A stretch of DNA of 64,000 bases from Bigelowiella natans CCMP2755 (taxonomy: Eukaryota; Protista; Cercozoa). A program made the translations under genes and the position numbers. Shown here in pieces: positions 26,889 through 39,466 of this stretch. Each line of letters opens with the position of its first letter. The first letter of the stretch is position 1. Below the pieces are notes generated by a model. It was not told the DNA's origin, did no database searches, and worked only from the letters and a program-made list of their open reading frames with translations. Location of the stretch: positions 1-64,000 of the forward strand of contig ADNK01000910.1 of NCBI GenBank assembly GCA_000320545.1, written 5' to 3'.

Positions 26889-27388
26889 CCGCAACGCAAC
26901 GCAACACTTCTCCATGTACCAGGGAGCTCGACAAGCTTCACAATGCTGCTCAGTGGGGCGTACGGCGAGTCGCCGTGAACATCTGAAATCGAAGAAGAGG
27001 GATGGGAGGGGGAGGGATCCGTACTATCGTGAAAACGATGTGTCTCAGGCACTAACCGCACAGCTACTACGTTGTTGAGTATTTGCGTGCGTTCGTTGTA
27101 TTGCCTCCTAAGGAAACCACGTCTTGAAAAGAGAACAACGCATGTTACGCACCTGTCGTTAGCTTAGAGCCGAGAACCACTAAGTCTTTCACCTGTTGTT
27201 AGTGCATGCATACAAGTATGCATGCATGTACTACTCTTAGTGACTGCTGTCCTTGTAGGGTTCCCCAATCCCAGTATCACTCCCCCCCACCCCACCCCAC
27301 CCCCTCCTCCTCCTCCTCCTCCTCCTCCTCCTCCTCCTCCTCCTCCTCCTCCTCATGATCACCACATTCAGTATGAACTCTGCTGCTG

Positions 27389-27429
<41 letters not shown>

Positions 27430-28154
27430 GATAGGAAAGGGATCCCAATCCCCCTCATCTCTCTTTTTTTTGTTCGTGCTCACTGCTACTAGTGCGTGCA
27501 TGCTCGTGACCGTACGTTATTCTCTTTGCAGTAAAGCGACACCGTGTCTACGATGGAGATAAATCTGGCAGGTATCTTCTCTTCTCCTAGGTACTTCTCC
27601 ACCTCTGGTTGTACTCTTTCCACACGCCAGCAAGAATAAAGGTCGGTATATGCCAAAATTAACATGCATACATGTAGGTATCTGTGTGCGAGTGTGAAAA
27701 TACGCGAAATACAGTTATAGTTGAGGGAAATCAGCAGCAGCTACTACTGAATACTACTTGTGGAGGGTGTTGCAAGCGATGCAGAAGTAGTCCGTGCATA
27801 TGGCTATATTCTTGGCCGCCTGCTTCATTCCATCTATGAGTTCTTTGTACTCCTTTGTTCCCTACTCGTGATGGCAACGTTGAGAATGAATAACAATAAC
27901 CATCGTGATGACGATCTGCGAGACGTGAGCAGCCAAAACATCGCACCATTCGCACCATTAAATGGCGAAATGAAGTATCGTAGATTACGGCGTGAATCAA
28001 TATGCTACTCCATCAAACAGACTGGCCCTTCTCCCTATCACTTGCGCAGTACCTTTTGAAGATCCCATGATCCGTGAGGGCCCCCGATTGTGGGCACGTT
28101 CATCAGCGTGATGAAGGGAGCATCTGTGGTGACGGTAGTTGTTGTATATGTATA

Positions 28155-28198
<44 letters not shown>

Positions 28199-28331
28199 TT
28201 TATAATATTGTAGTGGCTATGAAGCTATGATTACTAGTACTAGATGACTTTTTTCCCGCAATATAAGTGTGGGAAGACGAAGAGGGAGATTAGGTGAGAG
28301 ATCGGAAAAATCATAAAATTTGTTACAGTGC

Positions 28332-28374
<43 letters not shown>

Positions 28375-28874
28375 AAGAAATATATGTGTATGCTCTACTT
28401 CGTCATATACACGCGCAACATACTTGTAGCATATGGTGGGGACATCTGTTTCGCGAGACAAAGTCCCATCTCTATCTACTACCAAGTGGTAGTTGGTAGT
28501 ATCACAAATGATGGTTGGCCACCTTTATCCCCAACACCTGGGCCAAGGAATGCTCGGTTCGTCCGAAGGATCTATGTGCAAAAATAACAAATGATATTTG
28601 CGTAAATGTGATCAAATCAAAGGGACTATCGCACCACCAATTAGCCCTCCTCCTCATCCTTCTCCCTCCAACACCATTTTAATGTTGCCTAGAGGATTTG
28701 GTTCGAATCTCTCATCCTACATGCTACTACAACTACTACAATCTCGGTAAACAATCCCTAAACTGAATTTCTACGTACTAGTACCTTCTTCATAAGATCA
28801 ACACCGGCATCAGGCCCGGAACCTCCCATTATTCCAATCCTCTTGCGCGAGGTACGGCAGACCCTCGAAAGCAT
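26211..28874 (-). CDS. PLP-independent aspartate/glutamate racemase family enzyme
   Basis: MLSRVCRTSRKRIGIMGGSGPDAGVDLMKK (exon 1), DYFCIACNTLH (about 27760-27800), FISIVD, VVLGSKLTT, NVLLGCTEFPL and KLIDPTQLLA (last exon). Both catalytic Cys motifs of the family (CNT and GCTE) are present. Confidence 0.88.
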
Positions 28875-29509
28875 AATCTCTTTCTACGTATCGCTTGACT
28901 GGCTGTGACAGATACAAGTGCGTCGTGAAAAATGATGAGGCTTGTCTTGAGATCAAAATATTAAGCACTCCTCCTACCTTTTTCCTTTGCAGGTGGGGAC
29001 AAAGGAGAGGGGCAGAACCTGTAATTTTCCGAACCGGCTTGTTGTTGCAAAAGTAGGATCCATTTTATGAGTTACGACAACAAATATTTTGTGGATGGTT
29101 CTGCAATTTGGGGTCTGCGACATGGGGATCCAGATGTGGGTTCCGAAGATCTCGGATGTCAGTCAGAAGAGAAAATTAAATTTTCGGGTCGAATTTCTCC
29201 GTGTTTTGGTCCGCCAGGGCCCTTCAGACTTTCCCAAAGAGGCTTCAAAATATTATTTAATATGAAATTACAGGACATAATTGATATATATTGCATAAGT
29301 AAGCAAGTCGCATCAATAAATATGTATCTCTCGCACTCTGATGAAAAGGTCCGCGAATCCTTCAGTATCCCGACAAATGTCTTTGTGTTTTTGATATACG
29401 ACATCATATTGAAATTAATTATCACCTAATCAGGCTGCGTTTAAACTATTTTATTGAAATGTTCCCACGAAGCTCTAAATCTTACAAACATCTCTCAAGG
29501 AAGCTCACG
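28875..29509. promoter_or_regulatory. Probable bidirectional promoter between the racemase and RPL10
   Basis: Divergent gene starts; AAATTT tracts with TCCG/CGGG words. Confidence 0.55.
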
Positions 29510-30644
29510 ATGGGTCGCCGTCCAGCTCGTTGCTACAGGTCCGCAACCCTCCTCCACCCTGGAAAATAATTTCTTTAACTAAAATTATTTTTGTCATGTT
29601 TCACCACATACAAATGTTGTACGTGGTGGGGAAAATGGGGGGAACAGGCAGTGAATGCCAAAAAATGAACTCAAAACTACACCATGTCATCAAAAGAGGA
29701 TAGAAAGACGAGTATAATTATTAGTTGCAAAGAAAATATAGGGTTTAGGAAAACTCTATGTGGGTAGAGGACAACATTCACACTTTTTTCGTTCTCAAAA
29801 TGTCTCATTATCCTCGGCGTGATGTATGCGGTATTTTCCTCATTCAATTGCATGGCTTATTTCCCCTGCTCTAATATTTTCTAGGTACTGTAAGGATAAG
29901 CCTTACATCAAGTCGCGCTTCTGCCGTGGTGTCCCTGATCCTAAAATCCGTATCTACGATGTTGGTAAAAGGGATGCTGATGTTGACGTATTCCCACTCT
30001 GCGTCCACTTGATGTCTGACGAGAAGGAGCAGATCTCAGCCGAGTGTCTCGAGGCTGCACGTATTGTTGTTAACAAGTACATGACAACGCAGTGCGGTAA
30101 GGATGGTTTCCACATGCGTATTCGTGCACATCCTTTCCACGTCCTCCGTATCAACAAGATGCTTTCATGCGCCGGGGCGGATAGGCTCCAAACCGGTATG
30201 CGTCACGCTTTCGGTAAGCCAATCGGTCTTATCGCTCGCGTGCGCATTAAGCAGATCCTTATGTCTATTCGTACCCGTGAGGATCATAAGGATAAGGCTA
30301 TCGAGGCCTGCCGTCGTGCAGGTTACAAGATCCCCGGTCGCCAAAAGATCTGTATTGCAAAGGAGTGGGGCTTCACTAACTTCACCAAAGAAGAGTACAA
30401 GCTTTACAAGTCTCAAGGCCGTCTCGTTAACGAGGGTGCACATGCTACCTGGAGGAGAGCTCATGGACCTTTGGCAAAGGCTGGTGATAAGGCTGTCCTC
30501 GCCTATGAACTCGAGAGGAAGTCTATTATCATGAAGAACGCTGCGGAGAAAGCTGCTGCGGAGAAAGCGGCTGCTATCAAGGCAGCTAAGGAAGCTGCTG
30601 CCGCTTACCAGTTGGCTCTCAAGAAACGTGCTGCTAAGAAGTAA
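29510..30644 (+). CDS. RPL10: 60S ribosomal protein L10 (uL16) with Ala/Lys-rich C-terminal extension; 2 exons (29510-29538, 29885-30644)
   Basis: [10 protein letters not shown]|[25 protein letters not shown]...[31 protein letters not shown]; biased codon usage. Confidence 0.98.
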
Positions 30645-31752
30645 ATTGGGAGTCGGTTCCAATGCTGTTGCTTTCTCGAGGACATTTAATCGCCATGTCA
30701 TTTTCGGGGGATGCATGATGTGAGTTCAAAGGATCTTTTATCATGCTCTTACAGGCAAAGCATTATGCACGGGAGTATCCAACTGATGTTATAGAGATGA
30801 CACTAGTTGCCTTAGCATGTCTGCTCGCGTCAGCTGCTTTGTGTTGAGCGAACTTATAAGAGATTTTCACTAGTTTTCTCTAGTTTACCACTGCCGATGA
30901 GCACATGCTAGCATGCATTGCTAGATTGGTGTGTACGCACGCAAAAAACACACACATGCGCATGTCAAGATTTACTAGTGTGCCTAGCTATGACTAGCTA
31001 GCTACTGCTAGCACATGCAAAGGATTTTTCTCGTCATTGTTGCACGTGTATCGTACTCGTAACTCGTATAATGTGTGTGTGCGTGCTTGCGTGCATGTAA
31101 TGCACGTTTATGTGAGACGGATGTAATGACGTTAATATATAAGACATATCTAACTACATACGATGTACTACTAGCTAGCAGATCATTGCGTGTGCTGTGG
31201 CTACGTTCTAGCTGTGTGTGCGCATATAAGTGGAGAAAAGTGCAACTGCTATATATACGACACTGTAGGTTCGATCTCTAGCTACATAATCTAGTAACAC
31301 GTAGCGCTACAGCTACATATGTGCGCAGCTAGCTAGCTAGTATCGTACGTTCTGGCCAGCTGCATGTGATCATATGATGGATCGTACAGGGGATCGCGAG
31401 ATCTCGCGCCATGTCATGAGCTGTCTCTATTATTGTCATCTAGCTAGCAGCTAAGCTCGCTAGCGAGCATATGCACGTGGCAGGGCTGTCAGCAGCGCGC
31501 AGGCACACACAACTGTCATCGAAGGCCCTACATGTAGCCCGTGATCATCGTGGGTGCCAGCGCTAGAGCGCCACAGCCCTACTAGTCCCTTCTAGTGCAG
31601 CTGTCGCCTTCCCATTTAGCCATCTAGCCATCGATCATGTCTCACATGTGCACCATGGATGACTACAGTGCATCAACTGCTGTCAGCTTCACTTATTTGG
31701 AAAATCTCAATGTGATGTGTGCATTGTTTTTGTTCAATGACAAGTAACTTCA

Positions 31753-33272
31753 CTAGCCTTCGCGCATCATTTGCATGTCATTGCGTTGCTTGGCGTGGGC
31801 GTTCGACTCTTTTGGGAAGAAGACAGCGGCTGGATGAGGCCTCCATGTGCTGGGGTCAATCTTGGGCTCATTCTCAACCTTAAGGCCCTTGGTGAGGGTA
31901 GCCATGTCAATCACAAACCTGCTCGCATCGTTCGCGCCGGTCGACAGTTCATGATACGCCTTGTTGACATCCTTGGCGGCGATGAGCTCGGTGTCGGGCG
32001 TGATCTTGTGCTTGGAGCAAAAGTCGAGCATTTCCTGTGTCTCTTTAATTCCGCCGATCAATGACCCGGCCAGCTTCTTGCGCCCCATGATGAGGTCGAA
32101 AGCCATCATTTGGAAGGTGTCAGGCGGGATTCCAACCATACACATGGTCCCGTCAAACTTGAGGAGGCTCATGTATGCTCGTACAGGGTGGTTGGCGGCG
32201 ATCGTGTTGATGATGAGGTCGAACTGGCCCGTGGCCTTCTTGAACTCATCCGCATTCTTCGAATCTACGAAATTGTCCGCTCCGCACTTCTTTGCCGCGT
32301 CAGTTTTTTTGGTCCCCCTCGAGATGACGGTTACCGTGTTGCCCATCGCCTTTGCGATTTTCACCGCCATGTGCCCGAGGCCGCCAAAACCTACGATGGC
32401 TGTGTGGAAAGTCTTCCCCCCCTTTTTAGCGCCGAAGTTCACGAGAGGGGAATATACGGTGATACCCGCGCAGAGGAGTGGGCCGGCCTTTACAAGGGGG
32501 AGGTTGTCTGGGACGCGGAGAACGAATTCTTCGCGTACGGTGATGGCTGTCGAGTAGCCGCCGTATATGTTTTCTCCGAGCTCATGGTTTTTAATATTGA
32601 TCTTGTTTTTGTCCTGCGTAGTAGGGGGCATTTTATCATCGTTGTTATGATTGTTGGGAAGTTATTATTGTTGTTATTGTTCGGTATCGTCATTGTTAGT
32701 GTTGTATGCCATGCTATAGTTTTGTAGTGTATAGTGTGCTCTAGTCTTGGCTGGATAGTCAACATCATCATCATCACATCACTATTTTCTTCACATCATC
32801 GTTGTTGTATTAACACGATTTTCACATAATTATTATAGTCGCATATTATCTTCACATGATCATCATCACCATCATCACAAAAACGCTAACACACACCTTG
32901 ATCACAGCATTGTAAGTGCCGGTCCATCCGGACCCACAGCAGTACTGCTCGACACCGGCCTTGCAATTGGTGCAGTCCAAGCAAGAATCCACCATGCATC
33001 CAACCCCAACCTTATCACCCTTCTTGAATTTCTTCACATCGGCGCCGACATCGACAACCTCACCGACTATCTCATGCCCAGGGACCATAGGGAAGAGGTT
33101 GTGGCATAGGCCACTCGCCGCGCACTTGGTGGAGGTCGGAGTGGCAGATACCGCAGTGAGTGATGTTGATTAGCACGTCGTTTGCCTTTGGAGCACGGCG
33201 CTCGATGGGCATGCACGTGAAGACGCCAGTGGTGTCCTTTGCGGCGAGGGATAGCGCTTCAACGAGAGGCAT
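31753..33272 (-). CDS. Zn-dependent NADP(H) alcohol dehydrogenase (CAD/YahK-like MDR) with an apparent frameshift in exon 1
   Basis: CGICHSDLHQVRGEW, PMVPGHEIVGEV, VGVGCMVDSCLDCTNCKAGVEQYC, GGYS, GPLLCAGITVYSPL, GFGGLGHMAVK, GSLIGGIKETQEMLDFC; one intron at about 32614-32897. Confidence 0.9.
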
Positions 33273-33447
33273 CGTTCGATTGTGTGGTGCACTTCTAGCG
33301 GGGAAATACGACGTAGAAAAAAACAAATTACCGGGTATTAAATACCGTTTAACACCGAATTCGGTTGTCGCAGGGGAAAAACACGATCCCGGTGATCGAA
33401 AAAGAAGTTCGTGTTCGTGCTCCAATAAAAATGATACGCAGACCGAC

Positions 33448-33637
33448 GATTCCACCCTCACAAATGGGAATTTTTTATAACCGATACTTTCCTAACGATA
33501 ACATGACACATCGACCCATCACCATCACCGTCATCATCACCATGATTCATCCCTCCCAAATGGAAATTATTTATAACCGATACTTTCTAAGCAATAACAT
33601 GGTATATCGATCTATCATCATCGCCGTCATCGTCGCA
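33448..33637 (+). repeat. Diverged tandem duplication of about 96 bp in the ADH/cyclophilin divergent region
   Basis: Two copies of gattc..ccctc.caaatgg.aatt.tttataaccgatactttc...ataacatg...tcga...atca.catc.ccgtcatc. Confidence 0.85.
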
Positions 33638-33701
33638 CTCACCAATAGAGGCACAATTAGTTCACGGTGACAGCCGTCCCCCCTGCACCTTTGACCTCAC
33701 A

Positions 33702-34555
33702 ATGTTGTCTGCCGATCGTCTCAACCGCCCTCGCGTCTTCTTCGATATCGAGGTGAGGTGTTGTTCCCCACCCCCCGAACCTGGATGTCCCCACGTGCAC
33801 GGGGCGGGGGGGGGGCTGTGTTGATTCCAAGCTGCTAATTCGATGCTATTTGTGTAGATTCAGCACCGGAAGGCCGGCCGAATCGTGATGGAGCTCTACA
33901 GTGACATAGTGCCGAAGACTGGTATGAACGATTACGATGATGACGATGACGCCCATGATAATTGGTGCTGCCATTCCCTCAATCCTGATGAACCTTTATT
34001 TATCCCGTTTTCAAGCCGAGAATTTCCGGGCGCTGTGCACCGGTGAGAGGGGCTTAGGGCCATCAGGAAAGCGCTTGCACTTCAAGGTAGCTGGATTTAG
34101 TGTGACTGCTGGTTTACCTCTGTTGATGGAAGACAGATATGGTAACTGATCTATCCTGCCCCTATCCTCTTCAGGGCTGCAAGTTTCACCGCATAATTCG
34201 AAAGGTTGGCAGGGCACCATGCATACTCATTTTTTTTTAAACACTCGTTCGCTCTTTCTTCTGCGTTGGTGGAATCGACATTACAGAGGTAAGTTTCTTG
34301 TGACTTGGTATTCGTTCAGTTTATGATCCAGGGAGGAGATTTTACGCGCGGAAACGGTATGGAGATATTAGCTAGGGTAGTATTTTTCGATGATGACGAC
34401 GAAGAATAAGTCTACATGATGTTGTTGTTGATCATGGTGATGATAATCATCATGCTACTTCTTTAAAGGCACCGGTGGAGAGTCTATTTACGGAAGAAAA
34501 TTCAAAGATGAGAACTTCCTCCTAAGTCACGATAAGCCTGGTCTCTTGTCCATGG

Positions 34556-34589
<34 letters not shown>

Positions 34590-35127
34590 CTCATATACCT
34601 CCTCTAACTCGCACACCATCTTCGTTATCGATACAACATACGATTTGACACCTGAGTGTTGAATAATCAGCAAATTCTGGTAAGAACACGAACGGTTCCC
34701 AGTTCTTCATCACAACGGTAGAGTGGCTGCTGCTCTGTGGGCGACGCGCATGATCTACCTTGCAAGACAGCCGTTTCTAATCACATTCCAGGGTGGGTAT
34801 AATTCCTCGCACTCCTTCGCCATGAATATCCGTATGTAGGTTGCAACCCCCCACTTGAATGGAAAGCACGTTGTATTCGGAGAAGTTGTGGAAGGGTTCT
34901 CCGTGGTTAAGAAGATCGAAGGATGCGCCTCAGGAGATCGCAAAGGGTGAGAAGGGGGGGGGGGGGGGGGGGGGGTTAGTTGACGGGAGGAGAAAGAGGA
35001 CGGGGAAGGCGGTGGAGAGGAAAGAACTATCTAGCCCAATTGTCACTTTCTGGCACAGAGGAGAGAACTATCTAGCCCAATTTTCACTTTCTGGTACAAT
35101 TACCATTATGTGTTATGTGAGATGTGT

Positions 35128-35166
<39 letters not shown>

Positions 35167-35486
35167 TACACCAAGATACTCTGTTCGCATTGCAACCTGC
35201 GGGCAGCTTAAGAAAAAGAAGAAAAAGCGCTCACTCGAAGAGGGCACTGGGGAGGGGGCAAAGAAAGCCAAAACTACCGAGGTGCGAAAGGAGAAGTCGA
35301 AGACTCCCAGGTTGCCCCTCCACCCCCGTTCTCCATGATGGATTTGAAAGCGCACATATATAAATATTGTGGGTATCAATTTACTTGCAAAATATACACA
35401 TATCATCGTCATAAGGATCTGGTTTTTCCAAAGCTCTTTTACGAGTGCTTTCATCGGCCATGCCACTTGATTCACAAATGCCCTTA

Positions 35487-35532
<46 letters not shown>

Positions 35533-36555
35533 GTGTGTGTGTGTGTGTGTGTACGTGTGCAGCCATAACCATCCTTTGTATCTGTCCTCTAGGGTGTACT
35601 TTGACATGACAATTGGAGGGAGAAGAAAAGGCCGCATCATCTTCAAGCTGGTAGCGATGACGAGAAATGATTAACTAATGAAATATGAGAGTCAATGCGG
35701 TCGTCGTTTGAGAGACTCGGATGCGGTATTATTCTTATTGCGCAGTACTATGACATTACTCCGAAAACGTGCGAAAATTTCCGTGCTTTATGTACTGGGG
35801 AGAAAGGTGTTGGGACGGCAGGTGTTCCTCTTCATTATAAGGTTATTGTTGTTGTTGTTGTTGATGATGATGTTGGTGGTGAGAATGGGGATTCGAAACG
35901 GAGATCACCAAATGTACTTATCGGCTGCCGATGTAATCACACTCTCGATCTTGTCTCAGCATCACCACTACCATCACCATCATCACCATCACCATCACCA
36001 TCACATCGCTATCACCAGGGTAGTAAGTTCCACCGGGTAATCAAGGACTTCATGTGTCAGGGAGGCGATTTTACCAAACACAACGGTACTAGTGCTGCAG
36101 AATGATGAGGAAGATGCGCTGCTGCTGCGCTACTGGTGTACAAAAAAGCAATTGTTTACAATTTCCTACTCTCAGGGACAGGGGGGGAGTCAATCTATGG
36201 AGGCCGTTTCGAAGACGAAAACTTTGAGATCAAGCACACGAAGCCAGGGCTGCTTTCTATGGCAAATGCCGGTTGGCCATATAACTGAGCATAAGCTGTT
36301 GGCCGCATGAACCGTCACAACCTGCGTGCGTTTGACCCAATTACATTTCTTCTTCTTCTTCTTCTTCTTCTTCTTCTTCTTCTTCTTTTAGGGAAAAATA
36401 CCAACGGATCTCAGTTTTTCATCACGACTGCTAAGACTGATTGGCTAGATGGTAGCATTAATCCCATCTGGCCCTTCTTTTAGCTTGAATAAGAATTTGC
36501 ACCAACAGAAACGCCCGCAACGTATCTTATGTATAGTCATGACCGCAAGATACGT

Positions 36556-36603
<48 letters not shown>

Positions 36604-36821
36604 CGTGGCGGTTATCGCACCACCATGATCGCTATCATCATCATCATCATCATCAATGTAATCAGCGTCACCATCATTTCTGTTCTACTGCTGCTACTGC
36701 TGGTTGTGCTTTATACGTAAACAGGGAAGCATGTTGTCTTCGGGGAGGTGGAAAAGGGAATGGAGGTACTTGTATGTAGGAGGAGGAGGGATCATGAAGA
36801 TAAGAATCCCTCTCACACACG

Positions 36822-36881
<60 letters not shown>

Positions 36882-37573
36882 CAGAGAAAAGAAGGGAGGG
36901 GGGGATGGAGAAATAATACTCTGTTATTAGGGCGGTTCTAATCTCTGACATTTCATTTTACCTCCCCCCCCACCCCCTCCCTTTCCCTGTTGATTCTGTA
37001 TGTAAGATTGTCCGGGAAATGGAGTATCAATCAGTGGGCAAGAAGAATCGGTCATTATCATTATCATTATCATCATCATCATCATCATCACCACCACCAT
37101 CACCATTATCGTCATCATAATCATCATGGAATTCCTGCTTGCCGTCCCTTGGTTCTGACATCAATGGTGTCCGTGGTTCTTTGACTGTTGTGTTTTTTTA
37201 ATGTACAAAGACCGGAGAAGGATATCGTCATCAGAGGTGCGCGACCCAATGGCGTGATTGTAGTAAAAAAAAAGAGTACATCAACGTAAACGACATCCCA
37301 AAGCTGTAAGCATCAGCATCAGCATCATACCTGTGCATTTCCGTAGGAAAAGTAAGGCTTTTGAGAAGAGATATCCAAATATAGACACGTATCTCTGAGA
37401 CATCATTCATTTGCTTACATTCCCGTGCTCCGTAAACTTGTTTTGCTCCCTCGCGCACGCTTCCCATTCGTTCTCCCTTAGATTGTGGCGAAATGCCGGA
37501 TCGTGAGCTGACTACCGAAGAGAAGACCATTCTGAAGAAGGAAGATGATGACGACTTTGATATCTTCGCATAA
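33702..37573 (+). CDS. Protein with two tandem cyclophilin (PPIase) domains, basic linker and acidic tail
   Basis: Domain 1: PRVFFDI...[14 protein letters not shown]...FHRII|.FMIQGGDF...[11 protein letters not shown]|[14 protein letters not shown]. Linker [21 protein letters not shown]. Domain 2: RVYFDM...[14 protein letters not shown]...[15 protein letters not shown]...TDWLD|GKHVVFG. Ends [12 protein letters not shown]. Confidence 0.93.
35017..35098 (+). repeat. 41-bp intronic tandem duplication
   Basis: gagga[a/g]agaactatctagcccaatt[g/t]tcactttctgg[c/t]aca x2. Confidence 0.9.
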
Positions 37574-38435
37574 ACGCCACAGCTTAGCGTAGGACTAACT
37601 TCCATAATGATATCTATCAGATGAAAACTATATTGCGCTAGTGCAATATCATTGTTGGTCATATTATCATTATGCGCATATACCTGATGTATGTCGTATA
37701 TCACTGCGTCGCTACATCGCGGTCGCATTCACCGAAGCAGAAAATAATATATTGTATGTGTCGCTACTGCCTTGTCCTAACTAGCTAATCATACGCACTA
37801 CTGCGCGATCTAGCGATTGTATGACCACACCACGCAATTTTACTTATGAGTTGCTAAATAATCGCTAGATCGTTGTTATTGCGGGCTGCCACTAACTAGC
37901 TTAGTAAACATACTAAAAATGCTGGTGCATGTTGCGTTGCATCTGCACACTCATCAACCACGTGTAACGTAATAATCTAAAAATCATGCATTTAATCGCG
38001 CGCGCACGCAACTTTCGTGTTCGCATAATCGTATATCTTGAAAGCATGGATATATGTTGCCCTGAAAGCGGAGCCATCGTGCATGTGCACGACAATGTGA
38101 CGCGCGCTTCATGTGCAGCACATAGTTGTTGCAAGAGCGAAAGTGCACACACACGCACACACACACACACGAACACTTGCCAGCCACGCTAAGCAAGTCT
38201 GCTACACGCGTACGATTTGCTACGGATTATTATCATTGCCATTATCATGCATCATGTAAAAAATATTACATTAGAGTGACATAACTGAAGCATAGAAAAT
38301 GCTTCGATTTGCAGTGATTTCAAATTTCTACGCTGAAGACGTGCACCGTGTACAACTTCATACGTCTACGACTATCAACGATGCACAGTGTATGCAATTG
38401 ATGCCCTTGCATGGCCATAGATTCACACACGAACT

Positions 38436-39425
38436 CTACCACAGTGCGCGATAAAAATCATCGCAGAATTTGTAGTACCTGGATCGATAATTATATGATA
38501 ACGACGTTAAATTATATGAATATAGACCCTCCTCCTCCCAAGGAGGGAGGACGAGGAAAAAAGAGTGAAGTTGCAACCCGAAATCTACTTCGCGCTGACG
38601 CACGGAGAACGATTAGTTGAATAGTAGAGAACATACCAGTCGTAATCGACAGTGCCCATGAAGAAGTTACAGCTGAAATTTCCTGATTCACGGCAGAGAC
38701 GTTATATTCAATCACGATCACAATTGCAACAACACCTTTACGATGTCGAAAGATGAAAACCCCCCCCCAAAAAAACCCGCAGTGCTGTTGATCTATCCTT
38801 GACCTCATGACAACTCAATATGCTAAGGAGATACTTTCTCTTACTATCACTTCTCTTCGTCTCCATCATCATCTTCTTCTTCTTACTACCAACCTTCGAG
38901 GAGAAGGATTCCGTGCTTTTCTGTCATGGCCACATCCCACCCAACCTGTCATCATATACAATACACAAACCGCCATATGAAAAGCAAGTGATCGGAGGAA
39001 AAGACGTGGTCAGCGAGTAGCCGCATCTTAGCATATTATTCCCATCACCACCACCATTATCAGCGACGACAACAAGAAGAACAACAATGACAATGAAGCA
39101 GCAGCAGCGAAGTGTCGTCGTCCGCTGTACCAACGGCACTCCTGGGACCAGCTCGCTATGCGCCCTCTCGGCGACGTCGAGGATCTTTTTGATCTCCGGA
39201 AGCACCTGAGTTGTTGTTGTTGTTGTTGGTAGTGGTGGTGGTGGGTTGGGCGAAAAAAAAGAAGAAGAAAAAGGGAAAGAAAATGAGAAAGAAGAATAAG
39301 GAGAGGTGATATTAGCATCACCCAGCTTCAACTACGGCAGATTGAAGCTAAGTTATGGCAGTTTACACGCGCATACTATTGAACCCCACGCCCCACTATT
39401 ACTGTAACCTAGTCAGAAGCTGAAC

Positions 39426-39466
<41 letters not shown>

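Noticed and set aside
29740-29749. Telomere-like AGGGTTTAGG
   Set aside because: Only about 1.5 units, and part of an intronic hairpin.
30103-32727. Long antisense or alternative-frame ORFs over RPL10 and the ADH
   Set aside because: Shadow ORFs caused by biased codon usage in the real genes.
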